Shown here one piece after another: positions 9,762 to 20,896 of a DNA stretch of 64,000 nt. A program made the translations under genes and the position numbers. The DNA is from an uncultured Nitrospiraceae bacterium (GTDB taxonomy: Bacteria > Nitrospirota > Thermodesulfovibrionia > Thermodesulfovibrionales > Dissulfurispiraceae), in contig CAVSHF010000003.1 in assembly GCA_963727805.1 (NCBI GenBank), positions 128,001-192,000 on the forward strand, given 5' to 3'. Each line of letters begins with the position of its first letter. Position 1 is the stretch's first letter. The notes under the pieces are model-generated. The model had not been told where the DNA came from. It did no database searches and worked only from the letters and a program-made list of their open reading frames with translations.

Positions 9762-11087
9762 TCACTTTGGAGTATGTGGTAACGACGGCTGTTCTGCAGC
9801 AGATTCCATTCCTTGGGCAACTTCTCTAATTATCCCCATTTTGACATATATCGGTCGCACCTTCTCCCTGATATTAGGGAGATGTCTGGCAAACATGACC
9901 GCTCCGACAAGACAGCATGCAGCGCCGAGCAGAAGTGTTTCGCGGGGGCCGATAATGCCCGCCATTGTCCCAGCTCCGAAACTACCAAACGGAGCCATCC
10001 CAATGAAAGCTACAGTGAAGAAACTCATGACACGACCTCTCTTGTCTTCTTCGAGTATAGTCTGGAGTATAGTATTGCAGGACGCGACCAACGTCATTAC
10101 CCCGAACCCGGCCACCACGAGGGATACCAGAGAGAGCGTGATGCTACTCGATACTGCAAAAACAGCTATCCCTACAGCGAACAAAACTGCGGCAAGAACA
10201 ATTAGCCTGCCAAGCCCGAGGACACTCTTGCGCGAGGCGAGGTAGAGGGTACCAGCAAAAGCACCGCATCCAGCCGCTGTCATGAGAAACCCGAAGGTAT
10301 GAGCACCACCGTGGAGAACTTCCTTTGCGAAGACGGGTACCAGAACCGCATATGGCATCCCCGTCAGGCTTACCAAGGCTATCAGTAACAGGATGCTCCT
10401 GATAGGGCCAAATCCGAAGGCGTAGTTGAAGCCTTCTCGAAGTTCATGAAAGACGTTCCGCCGCTGCTCCAAGTGCTGCGGGGTGGGCGCAAGACGCATG
10501 GCGATGAGCGCCACCAATACCGCCAGGTAGCTGGCGCTGTTCAAAATGAAACAAACGCCTTCACCGACCGAAGCGACTAACAGTCCGGCAATGGTAGGTC
10601 CGATAAGTCGGGCACCATTTACCATAGAAGAATTCAGGGCAATAGCGTTGCCGAGGTCTTCTTGGTGAGAGATCATCTCGACGACAAAGGACTGCCGTAT
10701 GGGGATATCAAAGGCATTGACGACGCCGAGAAAAAAGCTTAGCACGACAATATGCCAGACTTGGACAGTCCCAAAGAGGACATCGCCCGCCAGTAGCGCC
10801 GCTTGAAGCATGGCTAAGGCTTGGGTAGCAATCAGCAGGTGTCGTCGATTCCAACGGTCGGCAAGTACTCCAGAGACGGGAGCGAGCAGAAAAGTGGGGA
10901 TTTGACTGGTGAAGCCGACAACTCCCAGCAGGAAGGCAGAACCGGTTAAACGGTATACCAACCAACTCATGGCAACCTGCTGCATCCATGTGCCAACCAG
11001 AGAAACACTTTGCCCAGCAACAAAGAGCCGGTAGTTTCTGGAGCGCAACGCCCGCAGCAGGGTTTTTATCCCGTTAAGGTTTATCAT
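9762..11087 (-). CDS. MFS transporter (MFS_3/EntS-like)
   Basis: RNYRLF..GQ.VS..GTWMQ, GVLADR, RGRVMS; about 12 TM segments. Confidence 0.93.
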   Translation of the reverse strand: MINLNGIKTLLRALRSRNYRLFVAGQSVSLVGTWMQQVAMSWLVYRLTGSAFLLGVVGFTSQIPTFLLAPVSGVLADRWNRRHLLIATQALAMLQAALLAGDVLFGTVQVWHIVVLSFFLGVVNAFDIPIRQSFVVEMISHQEDLGNAIALNSSMVNGARLIGPTIAGLLVASVGEGVCFILNSASYLAVLVALIAMRLAPTPQHLEQRRNVFHELREGFNYAFGFGPIRSILLLIALVSLTGMPYAVLVPVFAKEVLHGGAHTFGFLMTAAGCGAFAGTLYLASRKSVLGLGRLIVLAAVLFAVGIAVFAVSSSITLSLVSLVVAGFGVMTLVASCNTILQTILEEDKRGRVMSFFTVAFIGMAPFGSFGAGTMAGIIGPRETLLLGAACCLVGAVMFARHLPNIREKVRPIYVKMGIIREVAQGMESAAEQPSLPHTPK

Positions 11088-11508
11088 AGAGGTCGATGCT
11101 ATTTATTTAATATTCTTTACGATTGATTTTTTAACCTATGGCAGACGGGTCGGCAACTTCTCTATTTTTGTCAAGTTAAGAATAACGGGCACGTCCACAA
11201 GTTCATAACTATAAATTCTGACGCATTCCCTGGTTTTATTTAGTCACTCTTATTCTTCCCGCTTAAAAATCTCTCTTTTATGACAATATATATCACTGGA
11301 AACTGTCCGTGGCTGCAGACCGCTTGAGCAATGCTTTTATATTTGTCGCTGTCCTCTATCAGGGCTGCCCCAATATTTGCAGTATGAACTCGAACGGCCA
11401 CCGTGCGCCCCGGCCACATAGCTAATAGCGCGAAATATCAAGACATCAGAATGCCGCCATCCCTTCAAACCTTCAGGTGCATCTCGGTGAATATTATTTG
11501 AATACTGG

Positions 11509-12447
11509 TTAAACGGCTTTATGCACTTCAACATACTGCGCTGCGGCCAGCGCAGCTATACAACCATCGGCGGCAGCAATTACTATTTGATTTGCAAATT
11601 TATGTCTCAGGTCACCGACTGCAAATATTCCAGGAACATTCGTTGCACATTTCTCATCAGTGATTACAAAGCCCCGCTCATCCGTTCTTACTGCGGGGGG
11701 GATCAATTTGTTGTTCGGAGTGTAACCGATAAAAATAAAGACCCCGTCCGTCTGCAATTCTCCCCTTTCTCCGGTCTCGGTATTTTTAAATAAGACAAAA
11801 TCGACTGTGTTCCCATTTCCCTTGATTTCCGTAAGAATGGTGTTCCATATTATTTCGATCCGGGGATCACTCATCAGTCGACTTTGAAGTATTTTACTTG
11901 CGCGCAGCGAATTTCCCCTGTGTACGAGGTACACTCTCCTTGTCAGTCTTGACAGATACAATGCCTCCTCGACGGCTGTGTCTCCACCGCCTACAACAAC
12001 AACAGTCTTATCTCTGAAAAAAAATCCGTCACAGGTGGCACAGTAGGAAACCCCAATCCCGAGGTATTCCGCTTCTCCAGGGATGCCGAGCTTTCGTACA
12101 GAACCGCCCGCTGCAAGAATCAGCGCTATAGTATTAATCAGCTCGCCATTGGCAAGCTGGATCGACTGAAGGTCCGATTCAACACTTACAGCGTCAACTT
12201 CTTGCTGGATAACACGCAGGTCATAGGACTGGGTATGATGAACAAGTTTCTCTGTAAGATCAAAGCCAGTTATGCCCTCCATTCCTGGGTAGTTATCAAC
12301 CTCCTTTGATATGGCGATTTGACCACCGATCAATCCTTTCTCGAAGAGGACCGTTTTCAATGCTGCTCTTTTGCAATAGAGCCCGGCTGTGAGCCCGGCA
12401 GGCCCTCCTCCCACAATAACTACGTCATAAATTTCTTTAATCGTCAT
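11509..12447 (-). CDS. trxB: Thioredoxin-disulfide reductase
   Basis: GGGPAG, CATCDG active site, GGGDTAVEEA, GIFAVGD. Confidence 0.95.
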   Translation of the reverse strand: MTIKEIYDVVIVGGGPAGLTAGLYCKRAALKTVLFEKGLIGGQIAISKEVDNYPGMEGITGFDLTEKLVHHTQSYDLRVIQQEVDAVSVESDLQSIQLANGELINTIALILAAGGSVRKLGIPGEAEYLGIGVSYCATCDGFFFRDKTVVVVGGGDTAVEEALYLSRLTRRVYLVHRGNSLRASKILQSRLMSDPRIEIIWNTILTEIKGNGNTVDFVLFKNTETGERGELQTDGVFIFIGYTPNNKLIPPAVRTDERGFVITDEKCATNVPGIFAVGDLRHKFANQIVIAAADGCIAALAAAQYVEVHKAV

Positions 12448-12989
12448 GTTTGATGCCTCTTATTAAACTAGTATATCAAAGTCTTAATGGTCGGCCCAAA
12501 GAAAGACGTATCGACCAGCTGACTGTCAAATTGCTATCCAAGTCAGATGCAGTGCATTATTCCTGGTCGTCATAGCAGATGCACAGCATTATTACTGACG
12601 TCATAGCGGTCTCATGTAGTCCAGTACGCTCGATGATGCTACTGCTGTTGTGTATGTTCTCGTATCTTTTTTGGGGGAAGCTCACATTTGCTTATTAAAA
12701 TACCCTGTGCTTTCTACCACGGGAATTTCATGTTGTCGGGTGCAGGGCGTCAGAACGAAGCGAAGACCCTTACCGACCCACAGGGTTAATGCCCTGTAGT
12801 GTCGTGACTTTGGTTACTTGATGTATAAAAAGCAATGCAATAATTAGCGAGGACGAGTGTGTAATGTTTTTTGCCTGGATGTAACAGGCAGGACAATGCA
12901 GAACCCTAAGCCTATTGTCCCGGGAAAATTGTGAATAGATGATCCCTAGAGACACCCACACGAATTATCGGAAATTCACCGACCTCTTG

Positions 12990-13481
12990 TTACTCCCTGC
13001 CTTGCGGCTTCGGTCTCCATTGCGTTTTCGCTATCCATCCCTCAGTTGACGTTTCAATACGATCGAAACGTGCTACATATGGCTTGATATCCAACAGGGG
13101 GGTCTTGTCCAGCACATCGATCCCTTCGACCAACAGGGTATTGCTGTCTCTCTCTCTCAGCCTTACAATTGACATCCCGATACTGTTCGGCCTGCACGGA
13201 TGCCTCGAAGCGAAAACGCCATGCGGTTCATCGTCAAGGAATGTCGGCCGCACCAACTCAATCTCACCCGCTCTGTCGAGATGATATAGCAGATATATGT
13301 GAGAAAAGCCTTCGATGTCTTTCAAGCCCGCCGCGTACTCCGCAAATACCTCCACGCGGCCTAGTGCGTCCGGCGCGTAAAGAGATTGAATCGGACATTC
13401 GTCTTTGGACTTGTATGGAGTATAGATGATGCCGATTGGTTCTATTATCACAGAGTTAGCATTGCATTGCCCATGTGCCAT
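12990..13481 (-). CDS. tsaA: tRNA (t6A37)-N6-methyltransferase TrmO
   Basis: PIGII.TPY, GVFASRHPCRPNSIG, DVLDKTPLLDIKPY. Confidence 0.9.
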   Translation of the reverse strand: MAHGQCNANSVIIEPIGIIYTPYKSKDECPIQSLYAPDALGRVEVFAEYAAGLKDIEGFSHIYLLYHLDRAGEIELVRPTFLDDEPHGVFASRHPCRPNSIGMSIVRLRERDSNTLLVEGIDVLDKTPLLDIKPYVARFDRIETSTEGWIAKTQWRPKPQGRE

Positions 13482-13567
13482 GTAAAACGGCGATTATTAA
13501 GTCTCCGGGAACATTGACCCGAATCTGATCCATCGATCGTATCACTGATAGCACGATCTGCCTTTTC

Positions 13568-14323
13568 TTATTCTTGCTGCTTTATTCTTTTCGCTACTCT
13601 ATTCCATGATTTTGTAATAAGAAAGCTTTCATCCATATTATTAATCATACGGACGAACTTGTTTATGGGCATGGCTAAAGTCAGCATCTCTTTTGGCACA
13701 AAAGGTCTAGCTGACACATCAAACATTCCCAAGACAGCCCGAGGCCTAGCCGAGTCCTTTTCGAGGTAGGGATATTGCACAATTGTACCGCATCCCGCAG
13801 AAAACGGGCAAAAAACGCCGTTCGGGTCCACCTCATCGTAGTTGGCTAGAGTGAAGAGGCCTGAAAGAACATCCGGAGTTGCAAAAAAAATAGACGCTGC
13901 CGGATTATCTGATTCCTCAAGCAGGTCAAGCCTTTTGAAAACGATATACCTTGCTGGCGCCACAAACTTTGGCATTTTGCTCATCATATCTCTTACGAGT
14001 TGAGGAGTTTTCTTGTACCGCTCGCCTTCGAGTTTGCCCGGCAGACCACACGATAGGAAATATTCGAAATTAGGCATTATTTGATCGGTGAATCCCAGAT
14101 ATCTTTTGCCTCCAGCACAACCGATCGAACCGGCTTCAAAGCAAAGCGAAGTGCCTCTTCTTACTCTTGACAGCACTCCAATAATGCACTGGTGTGCAGA
14201 TGGAGGAGGAACCAGTTCTGCACCGCTTTCATAATCAGTGTAATAAAAGATAATTGGCAGTTCGGCGCCGGCAAAATATTTGTTCCATAACTCAACAAAC
14301 TTCGCTTTTAGCTTGGCATCCAT
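13568..14323 (-). CDS. DUF169-family protein
   Basis: ELPIIFYY, IGCAGGKRYLGF, PFSAGCGTI, GMFDVSAR. Confidence 0.8.
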   Translation of the reverse strand: MDAKLKAKFVELWNKYFAGAELPIIFYYTDYESGAELVPPPSAHQCIIGVLSRVRRGTSLCFEAGSIGCAGGKRYLGFTDQIMPNFEYFLSCGLPGKLEGERYKKTPQLVRDMMSKMPKFVAPARYIVFKRLDLLEESDNPAASIFFATPDVLSGLFTLANYDEVDPNGVFCPFSAGCGTIVQYPYLEKDSARPRAVLGMFDVSARPFVPKEMLTLAMPINKFVRMINNMDESFLITKSWNRVAKRIKQQE

Positions 14324-14636
14324 CAGAGCTCCTCTATTCCGCACATATTATTACGCACCTGAAGGTCAGGAACCTCTTCTCCCAGAAATTGTGTTCAACA
14401 GCACCAGTGAAATTCTCGCTATTATAACAGGTCGTACGGTTCATAAGCAGAACGTAGTCAATCATTGTTACGATCGGACACGAATGGTCTTACTGAAATG
14501 TCACTGATGGTTAGCAGGGTCAACACCTCATTTTTCATCGATGCGGATCGCTTTGTGCTACAAGAATTCAGTCGACGAAGCGACCATAATAGATTTTTTC
14601 GGTGATCACTAAATTCTTGGTACTGGTAAAATCGAT

Positions 14637-14762
14637 GACTCTCAGGTGTTGTCATTTCGGCGACAGATTCGCACAGTAATTGATACGACGGAGGATAATT
14701 AGCGCTCTGTGAGATACAAGCGTTAATTGTTACAGAGGCAGAATAGTAAACTAATCGTAGTC
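14637..14762 (+). repeat. 126-bp dispersed repeat, copy 1 (inverted relative to copy 2)
   Basis: GACTCTCAGGTGTTGTCATTTCGGCGACAG...TAAACTAATCGTAGTC matches the reverse complement of 25698-25823 with about 5 substitutions and no gaps. Confidence 0.95.
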
Positions 14763-14845
14763 GGCAAGAAACAAGATTTTATCCCGCAGATTCTCACTAA
14801 GCTTGAGCGTTAAAATTGGCGTCGATGCTTATTAATGTTAAAGAG

Positions 14846-15178
14846 TTAAGGGCATATTTCATTGTAAAGCAACTTGTCACCCCCCCCTGAGATGACCGAC
14901 CATTGAGACGCCTGAACACTCTGGTCTGTCAAGATACGCATCTTTTTTGACTTGCAGTCTATCTCGTAAAGATACTGCGCTCCGTTAGATTTAGCCATGA
15001 CTTTAACGGTATTTGAGGGTGTATGTTCTATGCTCCCAGTGTCATAGGAAAACTGATTGTGATAAGTATCTTCCTGAAGTGTTTTCCAAACGGCCTTATC
15101 GTCAGTGGTGCAGCCCGATGATAGTATAAGGCAGACAAGACAAAATATTGCTGCACCCAAAGGTTGACGTTGTCTCAT
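14846..15178 (-). CDS. Small lipoprotein (surface-adhesin-E-like)
   Basis: Lipobox SSGC; YDTGSI...VKV...LYEIDCKSKKMR...IC; RBS GGAGG. Confidence 0.7.
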   Translation of the reverse strand: MRQRQPLGAAIFCLVCLILSSGCTTDDKAVWKTLQEDTYHNQFSYDTGSIEHTPSNTVKVMAKSNGAQYLYEIDCKSKKMRILTDQSVQASQWSVISGGGDKLLYNEICP

Positions 15179-15867
15179 TTTCGATCCCTCCTTGATACAA
15201 TCACGTTAATGATCAGTAAAAATACCGACTGAGCTCTTACCCCATTGTCCCGCTGATTATGGGTTCGAGCGTGACAAGCATTTCCCGAAATACTCATTTT
15301 GGGCTATTTACCTTTTTAGCTGATTTACAGGTGTAAATTGCCAAGTTATACCAAATTATATAAGTGCAGATCACCAGAAAAAAGGTAACCCCTGCTACAA
15401 ACGAGTGCTAAGCCATGGTTATACGGCAACTAGCATATTTGACTAGATGGCTAAATGTTGGTTTTCAGGTAATTATCAGATGTTGTTTTTCGACTCCGCA
15501 GTAATTGACATTCTTGACGGTATAGTCAAAGACGCCAGGGAGGATATCAAAACGGGCCTTCTTAACCACCCTGTCCTGCAGAGGTAAAGCAGACTAGTGA
15601 TAGTACTGCACCTCTCCTCTAGCACAGTGAAGAGGGAATCTTAAGAACAGCAGTTTCGTTTTTATGCTGTAAGCGGTGAGGATACAGAGAGATCAGAATA
15701 CCGCTGTAACTCCTGACTTTAAAGGAAGCTATAAACAATCTGATCGATAGAGCAATTAAGAGTTCAAAAAGCAACCAGACTATAGCGACATCGCTGCTTG
15801 GCATTACGCGCTAGGCGCACTACAAACAACTGGAAATAAAACATTAGCAATTGTTTTCGTTTACGAG

Positions 15868-17190
15868 TCAGTTGTCCAGTAGTATTATCTGTATATCCAT
15901 GACATTCGTACCGGTCGGTCCAGTGATAAGTAAATCACCTGTCCTACTGAAAAAAGTATACGAATCATTGTTCTGGAGATACTCCCATGCATCGAGACAG
16001 GCCGCTGCTGCTTTTGCGACAGTTTGACCATCCACAAACGCTCCTGCCGCGTCGGTCGCTCCATCGGTGCCGTCGGTGCCTGCGGAGAGAAAAGTAATAC
16101 CCGAAAGTCCTTTTATTTCTATTCCGAAAACAAGGGCAAGTTCCGTATTCCTTCCTCCCTTGCCGTTTCCTCTAACCGTAACAGTTGTTTCTCCCCCGGA
16201 GATAAGGCATGCCTTATCTCCGGAATTCAATGTTTTTTTAAAAGCAATCGCTTTTCTTGCAAGCTCCCGGCCAACGACTGACGCTTCACCTCTTAATTCG
16301 TTCGAAATGACCGTCGTTTTGTATTCCAATAACTCTGCGGCCTTTCTGGCTGCATCCGTTGCTATTTTGTTGCTTCCAATAACGATGTTTCTTACATTCT
16401 GAAAAACTGGATCGTCATGCTTCGGCGTTTCAGGTATAAGCCCACGTATACCTTTACCGATCACTTCCCCAACACTTGCCGGTAATCTATCTTCCAGCTT
16501 AAATTTCCGGATCACATTGTACGCATCATTATAAGTTGTTTTATCGGGCGCTGTGGGACCCGATGCAATCATATCCATTCTGTCTCCTATAACGTCAGAG
16601 AGTAGCAGTGATATAATTGCTGCCGGTTGGGCTGCTTCAGCTAGCCTGCCTCCTTTAACCGCAGAAATGTGCTTTCTCACTGTGTTAAGCTCATAAATAT
16701 CGGCCCCGGCCTTAAGAAGCAGGCTGGTGACATCCTGTTTATCAGCCAGGCTGATGCCTCTGTAAGGCGCGACGAGAAGAGCAGATCCTCCTCCTGATAT
16801 AAGACAAATCACGAGGGTATTTTTATCCGCCTCTTTGAGCACCCCCACAATTTTCTTTGCGGCTTTCAGTCCGTTTTCATCAGGCAGTGGGTGCCCAGCT
16901 TCATAGGTTATAATTTTGCTATTTCGGTCCCCCGACATAGAATGACCATATTTTGTCACTATTATTCCGCCGGCAAGCAAGTCTCCGAGATTGGCTTCGA
17001 TTGCTTTTGACATGAGCGAAGCCCCTTTGCCGAAACCTATGACGATAAGTTTCCTGAAATTACCGCTCTTGTATGCCGAGCTAATCGTATCGGTGTACGA
17101 AGCCACTGCTTTAAAAGGGTCCACTGCCAGAAGCGATTTACTGAAAATCTCTCTAATGATAAGCCTGGGGCTTTCGCCTGCCATTATCAT
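15868..17190 (-). CDS. Glycerate kinase type 2 (MOFRL family)
   Basis: GFGKG, AGHPLPD, LISGGGSAL, RKHIS.VKGG, SDVIGD, GGETTV, GGRN, GTDGTDG, GPTGTNVMD. Confidence 0.95.
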   Translation of the reverse strand: MIMAGESPRLIIREIFSKSLLAVDPFKAVASYTDTISSAYKSGNFRKLIVIGFGKGASLMSKAIEANLGDLLAGGIIVTKYGHSMSGDRNSKIITYEAGHPLPDENGLKAAKKIVGVLKEADKNTLVICLISGGGSALLVAPYRGISLADKQDVTSLLLKAGADIYELNTVRKHISAVKGGRLAEAAQPAAIISLLLSDVIGDRMDMIASGPTAPDKTTYNDAYNVIRKFKLEDRLPASVGEVIGKGIRGLIPETPKHDDPVFQNVRNIVIGSNKIATDAARKAAELLEYKTTVISNELRGEASVVGRELARKAIAFKKTLNSGDKACLISGGETTVTVRGNGKGGRNTELALVFGIEIKGLSGITFLSAGTDGTDGATDAAGAFVDGQTVAKAAAACLDAWEYLQNNDSYTFFSRTGDLLITGPTGTNVMDIQIILLDN

Positions 17191-17201
17191 ACGTTCCGTC
17201 T

Positions 17202-18488
17202 TCAGAACCCGGGAACAAACAGCGGGATCACATAAGGCCCTTCAGGGATAACGGCCACACGGCGATCTCCCTGTATCTTCACGCTCTCGGTGACAGTGGC
17301 CAACGGTGATTCGATCACGGTGACTCCTGTAAGTATCTGCTGCTCTTTTGTCAATCCCTCGGCATAGAGAAAAATATTAGCCCTTTTCATGGCCTTGACC
17401 TGCATCTCCGTCTGCCATTCATCGATAGCCGCGTACTTTTTCTCAATGATTCCACGGAGAAACATTTCCGGTCCTTCGTCAGTAAGGCACACTTGCGCTT
17501 CAGCATACTCGGGCGACCCAATTCCCTCGGAACATGCAGAGACAATGATAAGGTCACCGCCCGTCTCAAGTATATCGAGGGCACCCACCATTCCCTTGAC
17601 TGTCTGGTAATAAGTCTTATCTAGCGGGTAACCCGCAGCACTGGTCACGACGGTCTTGAATCTTGTCTTAAGTCGGATCTCCGCATAGGGCCGCACGAAT
17701 GAGACCGCTTCAAGGTGGCTCTTTTCGATTTCGCCGAAGTTGACAAAGGATATCCGGCGGTCCTCATCGATGATGGTATTGACAGCCAGGCACCTTCCCA
17801 CCATTTGCACTATCTCTATCTGAGCAGCGTGTAGAGGGTTTCCTTCGATAATACAGTTTGTAGCCCTGCAATCCTCCAGAACCCGAGCACAGTGGAACTC
17901 ACGTATTGTCTTTTCATGTGCAATGCCCGGGGCGACAATTTTTCTTCCGCCGGAGTAACCTGCCATAAAATGGGGCTCCACAAGCCCGACGACAATACGG
18001 AGATCAGACTGGATAAATCGGCGATCCAGCCTGGCCTCTATGCCGCCCGATGTAGTCCCTATGTATTGATGATCATCATCCCGCCGCGCAAAATGGTTGG
18101 CGACGGTCACGGTGTCGAGTACCCAGTCGCTTCCGACCAGTTCACGAAGCTCATCCCCTTCATTAGGCCTGTGGAGACCCGTTGCAACAAGAACAGTGAT
18201 CGCATTAGGGGCCATTCCAGCATCGATAAGCTCTTTTATCAAGGGCGGGAGAATAAGGTCGTTCGGTACAGGCCGCGTAATATCGCAGATGAGGATGCAG
18301 CAACTGCGGCAGCCCTTCGCTTCTTCACAGAGCGTTTTGCCGTTCACCGGATTCGCAAACGCAGCCTTGATAGCTCCCTCAGAGTCTTTGAGGAAAGGCA
18401 TGGCTTTTTTTTGGATCAGCGTCACATCAATATCCTCCGGAAGGTCAAGAGACAGTCCGGTTTTACCATATTTCATATTAATATTCAT
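17202..18488 (-). CDS. larA: LarA-family nickel-pincer-dependent 2-hydroxyacid racemase/epimerase
   Basis: DITRP, ATGLHR, EPHFMAGYSGGRK, FH and YQTVK motifs correspond to LarA catalytic and cofactor-binding residues; probable start 18488 after GGAGG. Confidence 0.9.
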   Translation of the reverse strand: MNINMKYGKTGLSLDLPEDIDVTLIQKKAMPFLKDSEGAIKAAFANPVNGKTLCEEAKGCRSCCILICDITRPVPNDLILPPLIKELIDAGMAPNAITVLVATGLHRPNEGDELRELVGSDWVLDTVTVANHFARRDDDHQYIGTTSGGIEARLDRRFIQSDLRIVVGLVEPHFMAGYSGGRKIVAPGIAHEKTIREFHCARVLEDCRATNCIIEGNPLHAAQIEIVQMVGRCLAVNTIIDEDRRISFVNFGEIEKSHLEAVSFVRPYAEIRLKTRFKTVVTSAAGYPLDKTYYQTVKGMVGALDILETGGDLIIVSACSEGIGSPEYAEAQVCLTDEGPEMFLRGIIEKKYAAIDEWQTEMQVKAMKRANIFLYAEGLTKEQQILTGVTVIESPLATVTESVKIQGDRRVAVIPEGPYVIPLFVPGF

Positions 18489-18502
18489 GTCCGATCCTCC
18501 AT

Positions 18503-19207
18503 TCACATACCGAGGTATGCCTGTCTAACGTGATCGCTCTTCAGCAATTCCTGCCCTTGCCCCTCCATGACTATGCGGCCTGTTTGAAGAACGTAGGCGC
18601 GGGCGGAAATCTCGAGGGCTTCATAGACATTCTGTTCGACAAGCAAAACAGTGACGCCCCGGGCATTGATCTCCTTGACAATCCCGAAGATCTCCGAGAC
18701 CAGTTTTGGGCCCAGTCCCAGTGATGGCTCATCCAGTATCAGCAGGGTAGGGTTGGACATCAGTCCCCGTGCAATGGCTAGTTCCTGCTGCTCTCCGCCG
18801 CTGAATGTATCGGCGCGCTGCCCCTTCCGCTCCTTCAATATAGGAAACAGATTGAAGACGCTTTGCAGATGCTTTTCGACATCAGCCTTGGACCGGACGG
18901 CATAGGCCCCTAACATGAGATTGTCCAGAACGGACAGCCGACCAAAGAGCTTCCTGCCCTCAGGGACCATGGAGATGCCCATTTTTACTATATCAAAAGG
19001 CTGGGTCGTATGAATCGGGGCATTCTTGAATAGAATTTCCCCTTGTCGCGGATGAATTAGACCCGCAATGGTCTTAACTACGGTGGATTTTCCGGCACCA
19101 TTGGAACCGATGAGGCTGACGATCTCTCCTTCGTTGATCCTGAAAGAAATGTCCTGAACAGCCAGAAGTCCTTTATAGCCCGCGGATATATTATTTAAGG
19201 AGAGCAC
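18503..19207 (-). CDS. livF: HAAT ABC transporter ATP-binding protein (LivF-like)
   Basis: GSNGAGKST, VPEGR, FSGGEQQ, LDEPSLGL, LLVEQN. Confidence 0.92.
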   Translation of the reverse strand: MLSLNNISAGYKGLLAVQDISFRINEGEIVSLIGSNGAGKSTVVKTIAGLIHPRQGEILFKNAPIHTTQPFDIVKMGISMVPEGRKLFGRLSVLDNLMLGAYAVRSKADVEKHLQSVFNLFPILKERKGQRADTFSGGEQQELAIARGLMSNPTLLILDEPSLGLGPKLVSEIFGIVKEINARGVTVLLVEQNVYEALEISARAYVLQTGRIVMEGQGQELLKSDHVRQAYLGM

Positions 19208-19931
19208 AGTACTTTTCCCCTAGATAGGCTTGAATGACTTCTCGGTCCGAGCACACTTCTTTTGGCGTGCCTTCCATGATTTTTTTACCGCTGTTCAGGA
19301 CAACGACACGGTCGGATATCTGCATGACGGCCTCCATCACATGCTCAACTATGACCAGTGTAATTCCTAAGTTCCTGATTTTCCTGATGAGATCAATTAT
19401 CTCTCGCAACTCGACTTTAGTGAGTCCGGCCATGGATTCGTCCAGCATGAGCAAACGCGGCTGAGTGGCCAACGCCATAGAGACCTCCAGCCTCTTTTTA
19501 TCAGCAATGGTCAGCTCAGTCCCAAGGGAATCCCTTTTTTCATAGAGACCCGTGAAAGTCAGTATCTCGCCAGCCTTTTCCATGGCCGGGTTGATCCGTC
19601 GATAACGCAACAGCGCACCCGTCGTAACGTTTTCGAGGACCGTCATTTCGCTGATCACCTCTACAATCTGAAAAGTGCGTGCGATACCAAGGTTGCAGAC
19701 TTTGTCGGGCCGCATGCGCGTTATATCCTTGCCGTAGAAGGAGACGTTCCCGCTGTCCGGCTTGTAGAAGCCGGTAACGCAATTGAACAGGGTGGATTTC
19801 CCGGCCCCGTTGGGACCGATAACGCTGACGATTTCCCCTTCTTCAACAAAGAAGTGGATATCGTTGTTTGCCGCGAGACCGCCGAACCGCTTCGACAACC
19901 CGGCGACTTTCAAACAGATCGCTTTGTTCAT
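19191..19931 (-). CDS. livG: HAAT ABC transporter ATP-binding protein (LivG-like)
   Basis: KRFGGL.AN, GPNGAGKST, ARTFQ, VEHVM, VIQAYLG. Confidence 0.92.
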   Translation of the reverse strand: MNKAICLKVAGLSKRFGGLAANNDIHFFVEEGEIVSVIGPNGAGKSTLFNCVTGFYKPDSGNVSFYGKDITRMRPDKVCNLGIARTFQIVEVISEMTVLENVTTGALLRYRRINPAMEKAGEILTFTGLYEKRDSLGTELTIADKKRLEVSMALATQPRLLMLDESMAGLTKVELREIIDLIRKIRNLGITLVIVEHVMEAVMQISDRVVVLNSGKKIMEGTPKEVCSDREVIQAYLGEKYCALLK

Positions 19932-20893
19932 TTCAGTTTCCTGCCTAGCCTAGAAAAAAGCTTCCAGACCCCTTCGGGGTAGTACATGGAAATCAGCGTG
20001 ATCAATAACCCGTATATCAGCATGTCCACGCCTGTTCCCTTGTACCCAAGGGTAACACGGGTGTATTCTGATGCAGGTATCAAAATAGCCGCTCCGATCA
20101 CTGGACCCATTATACTGCCCGCCCCTCCAAGCATCGAAATGAGAACAATCTGGATAGACGTAGCGAGAAGCATGACGCTCCCGGGATCGATGTAAAGAAT
20201 ATATTGAGCGTAAAATGTGCCGGCCATGGCACTCAGAAAAGCGCTTATCATAATAGCCATGAGACGGTACAAAACAACATTAACACCCAGGACTTCCGCA
20301 ATTTTATGACTCTCCTTGATAGCGCGGAAATAGTAGCCCATTTTAGAGGTGGCTATGAAATAACAAACAGCCAGGGAAACTAGAAGAAAGGCAAGCATGA
20401 TATAGTAATAAGGAAGTTTTGAAGAGTTGAACAGGAAATTAGCGAAGGACTCGTCCTGCATGGGCAAGGACAGTCCTTCTGCAGCACCCACTATTTGCCA
20501 GTTGTTGAAGACAATCCTGACTATTTCTGCAAATGCAATACTAGCTATCGCAAAATAGTGGCCCCTTAGGTTGGAACAGGGATATCCGATACCTGCCGCC
20601 ACCAAAGCAGCGGCGCAGCCCCCTGCGATGAGTCCTATCCACGGGTTAACCCCATGGGCGATCGACAAATAGGAAGAAGTATAAGCGCCTATGCCGAAAA
20701 AAGCCGCCTGCCCGAAAGAAAACATACCGGCATAGCCGCCCATGATGTTCCACGCGACTCCCAGCATGCCAAACATGTACACGAGGATCATTACATGAAT
20801 ATGAAAGGACTCGCGGACAACGAGAGGAAACACAATGAGCAGCAAAAGTACGACGACTCCCGCAATACTTTGTCGACTTGCGAATTTGCGCAT
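19928..20893 (-). CDS. livM: HAAT ABC transporter permease (LivM-like)
   Basis: WNIMGGYAG.FSFGQAAFFGIGAY, LRGHYFAI, GGAGSIMGP. Confidence 0.92.
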   Translation of the reverse strand: MRKFASRQSIAGVVVLLLLIVFPLVVRESFHIHVMILVYMFGMLGVAWNIMGGYAGMFSFGQAAFFGIGAYTSSYLSIAHGVNPWIGLIAGGCAAALVAAGIGYPCSNLRGHYFAIASIAFAEIVRIVFNNWQIVGAAEGLSLPMQDESFANFLFNSSKLPYYYIMLAFLLVSLAVCYFIATSKMGYYFRAIKESHKIAEVLGVNVVLYRLMAIMISAFLSAMAGTFYAQYILYIDPGSVMLLATSIQIVLISMLGGAGSIMGPVIGAAILIPASEYTRVTLGYKGTGVDMLIYGLLITLISMYYPEGVWKLFSRLGRKLK

Positions 20894-20896
20894 GCG

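Noticed and set aside
14637..14650. ACTCTCAGG at the start of the 126-bp repeat resembles a glycine riboswitch motif
   Set aside because: The upstream GGAGA/CGAAGG aptamer elements are absent in both copies
15470..15610. Minus-strand peptide SALPLQDRVVKKARFDILPGVFD resembles a reverse-transcriptase motif; plus-strand AREDIKTGLLNH resembles a GGDEF N-terminus
   Set aside because: Only about 25 aa, flanked by stops, two incompatible readings and no YxDD or GGDEF motif nearby; cannot be distinguished from chance without an HMM search
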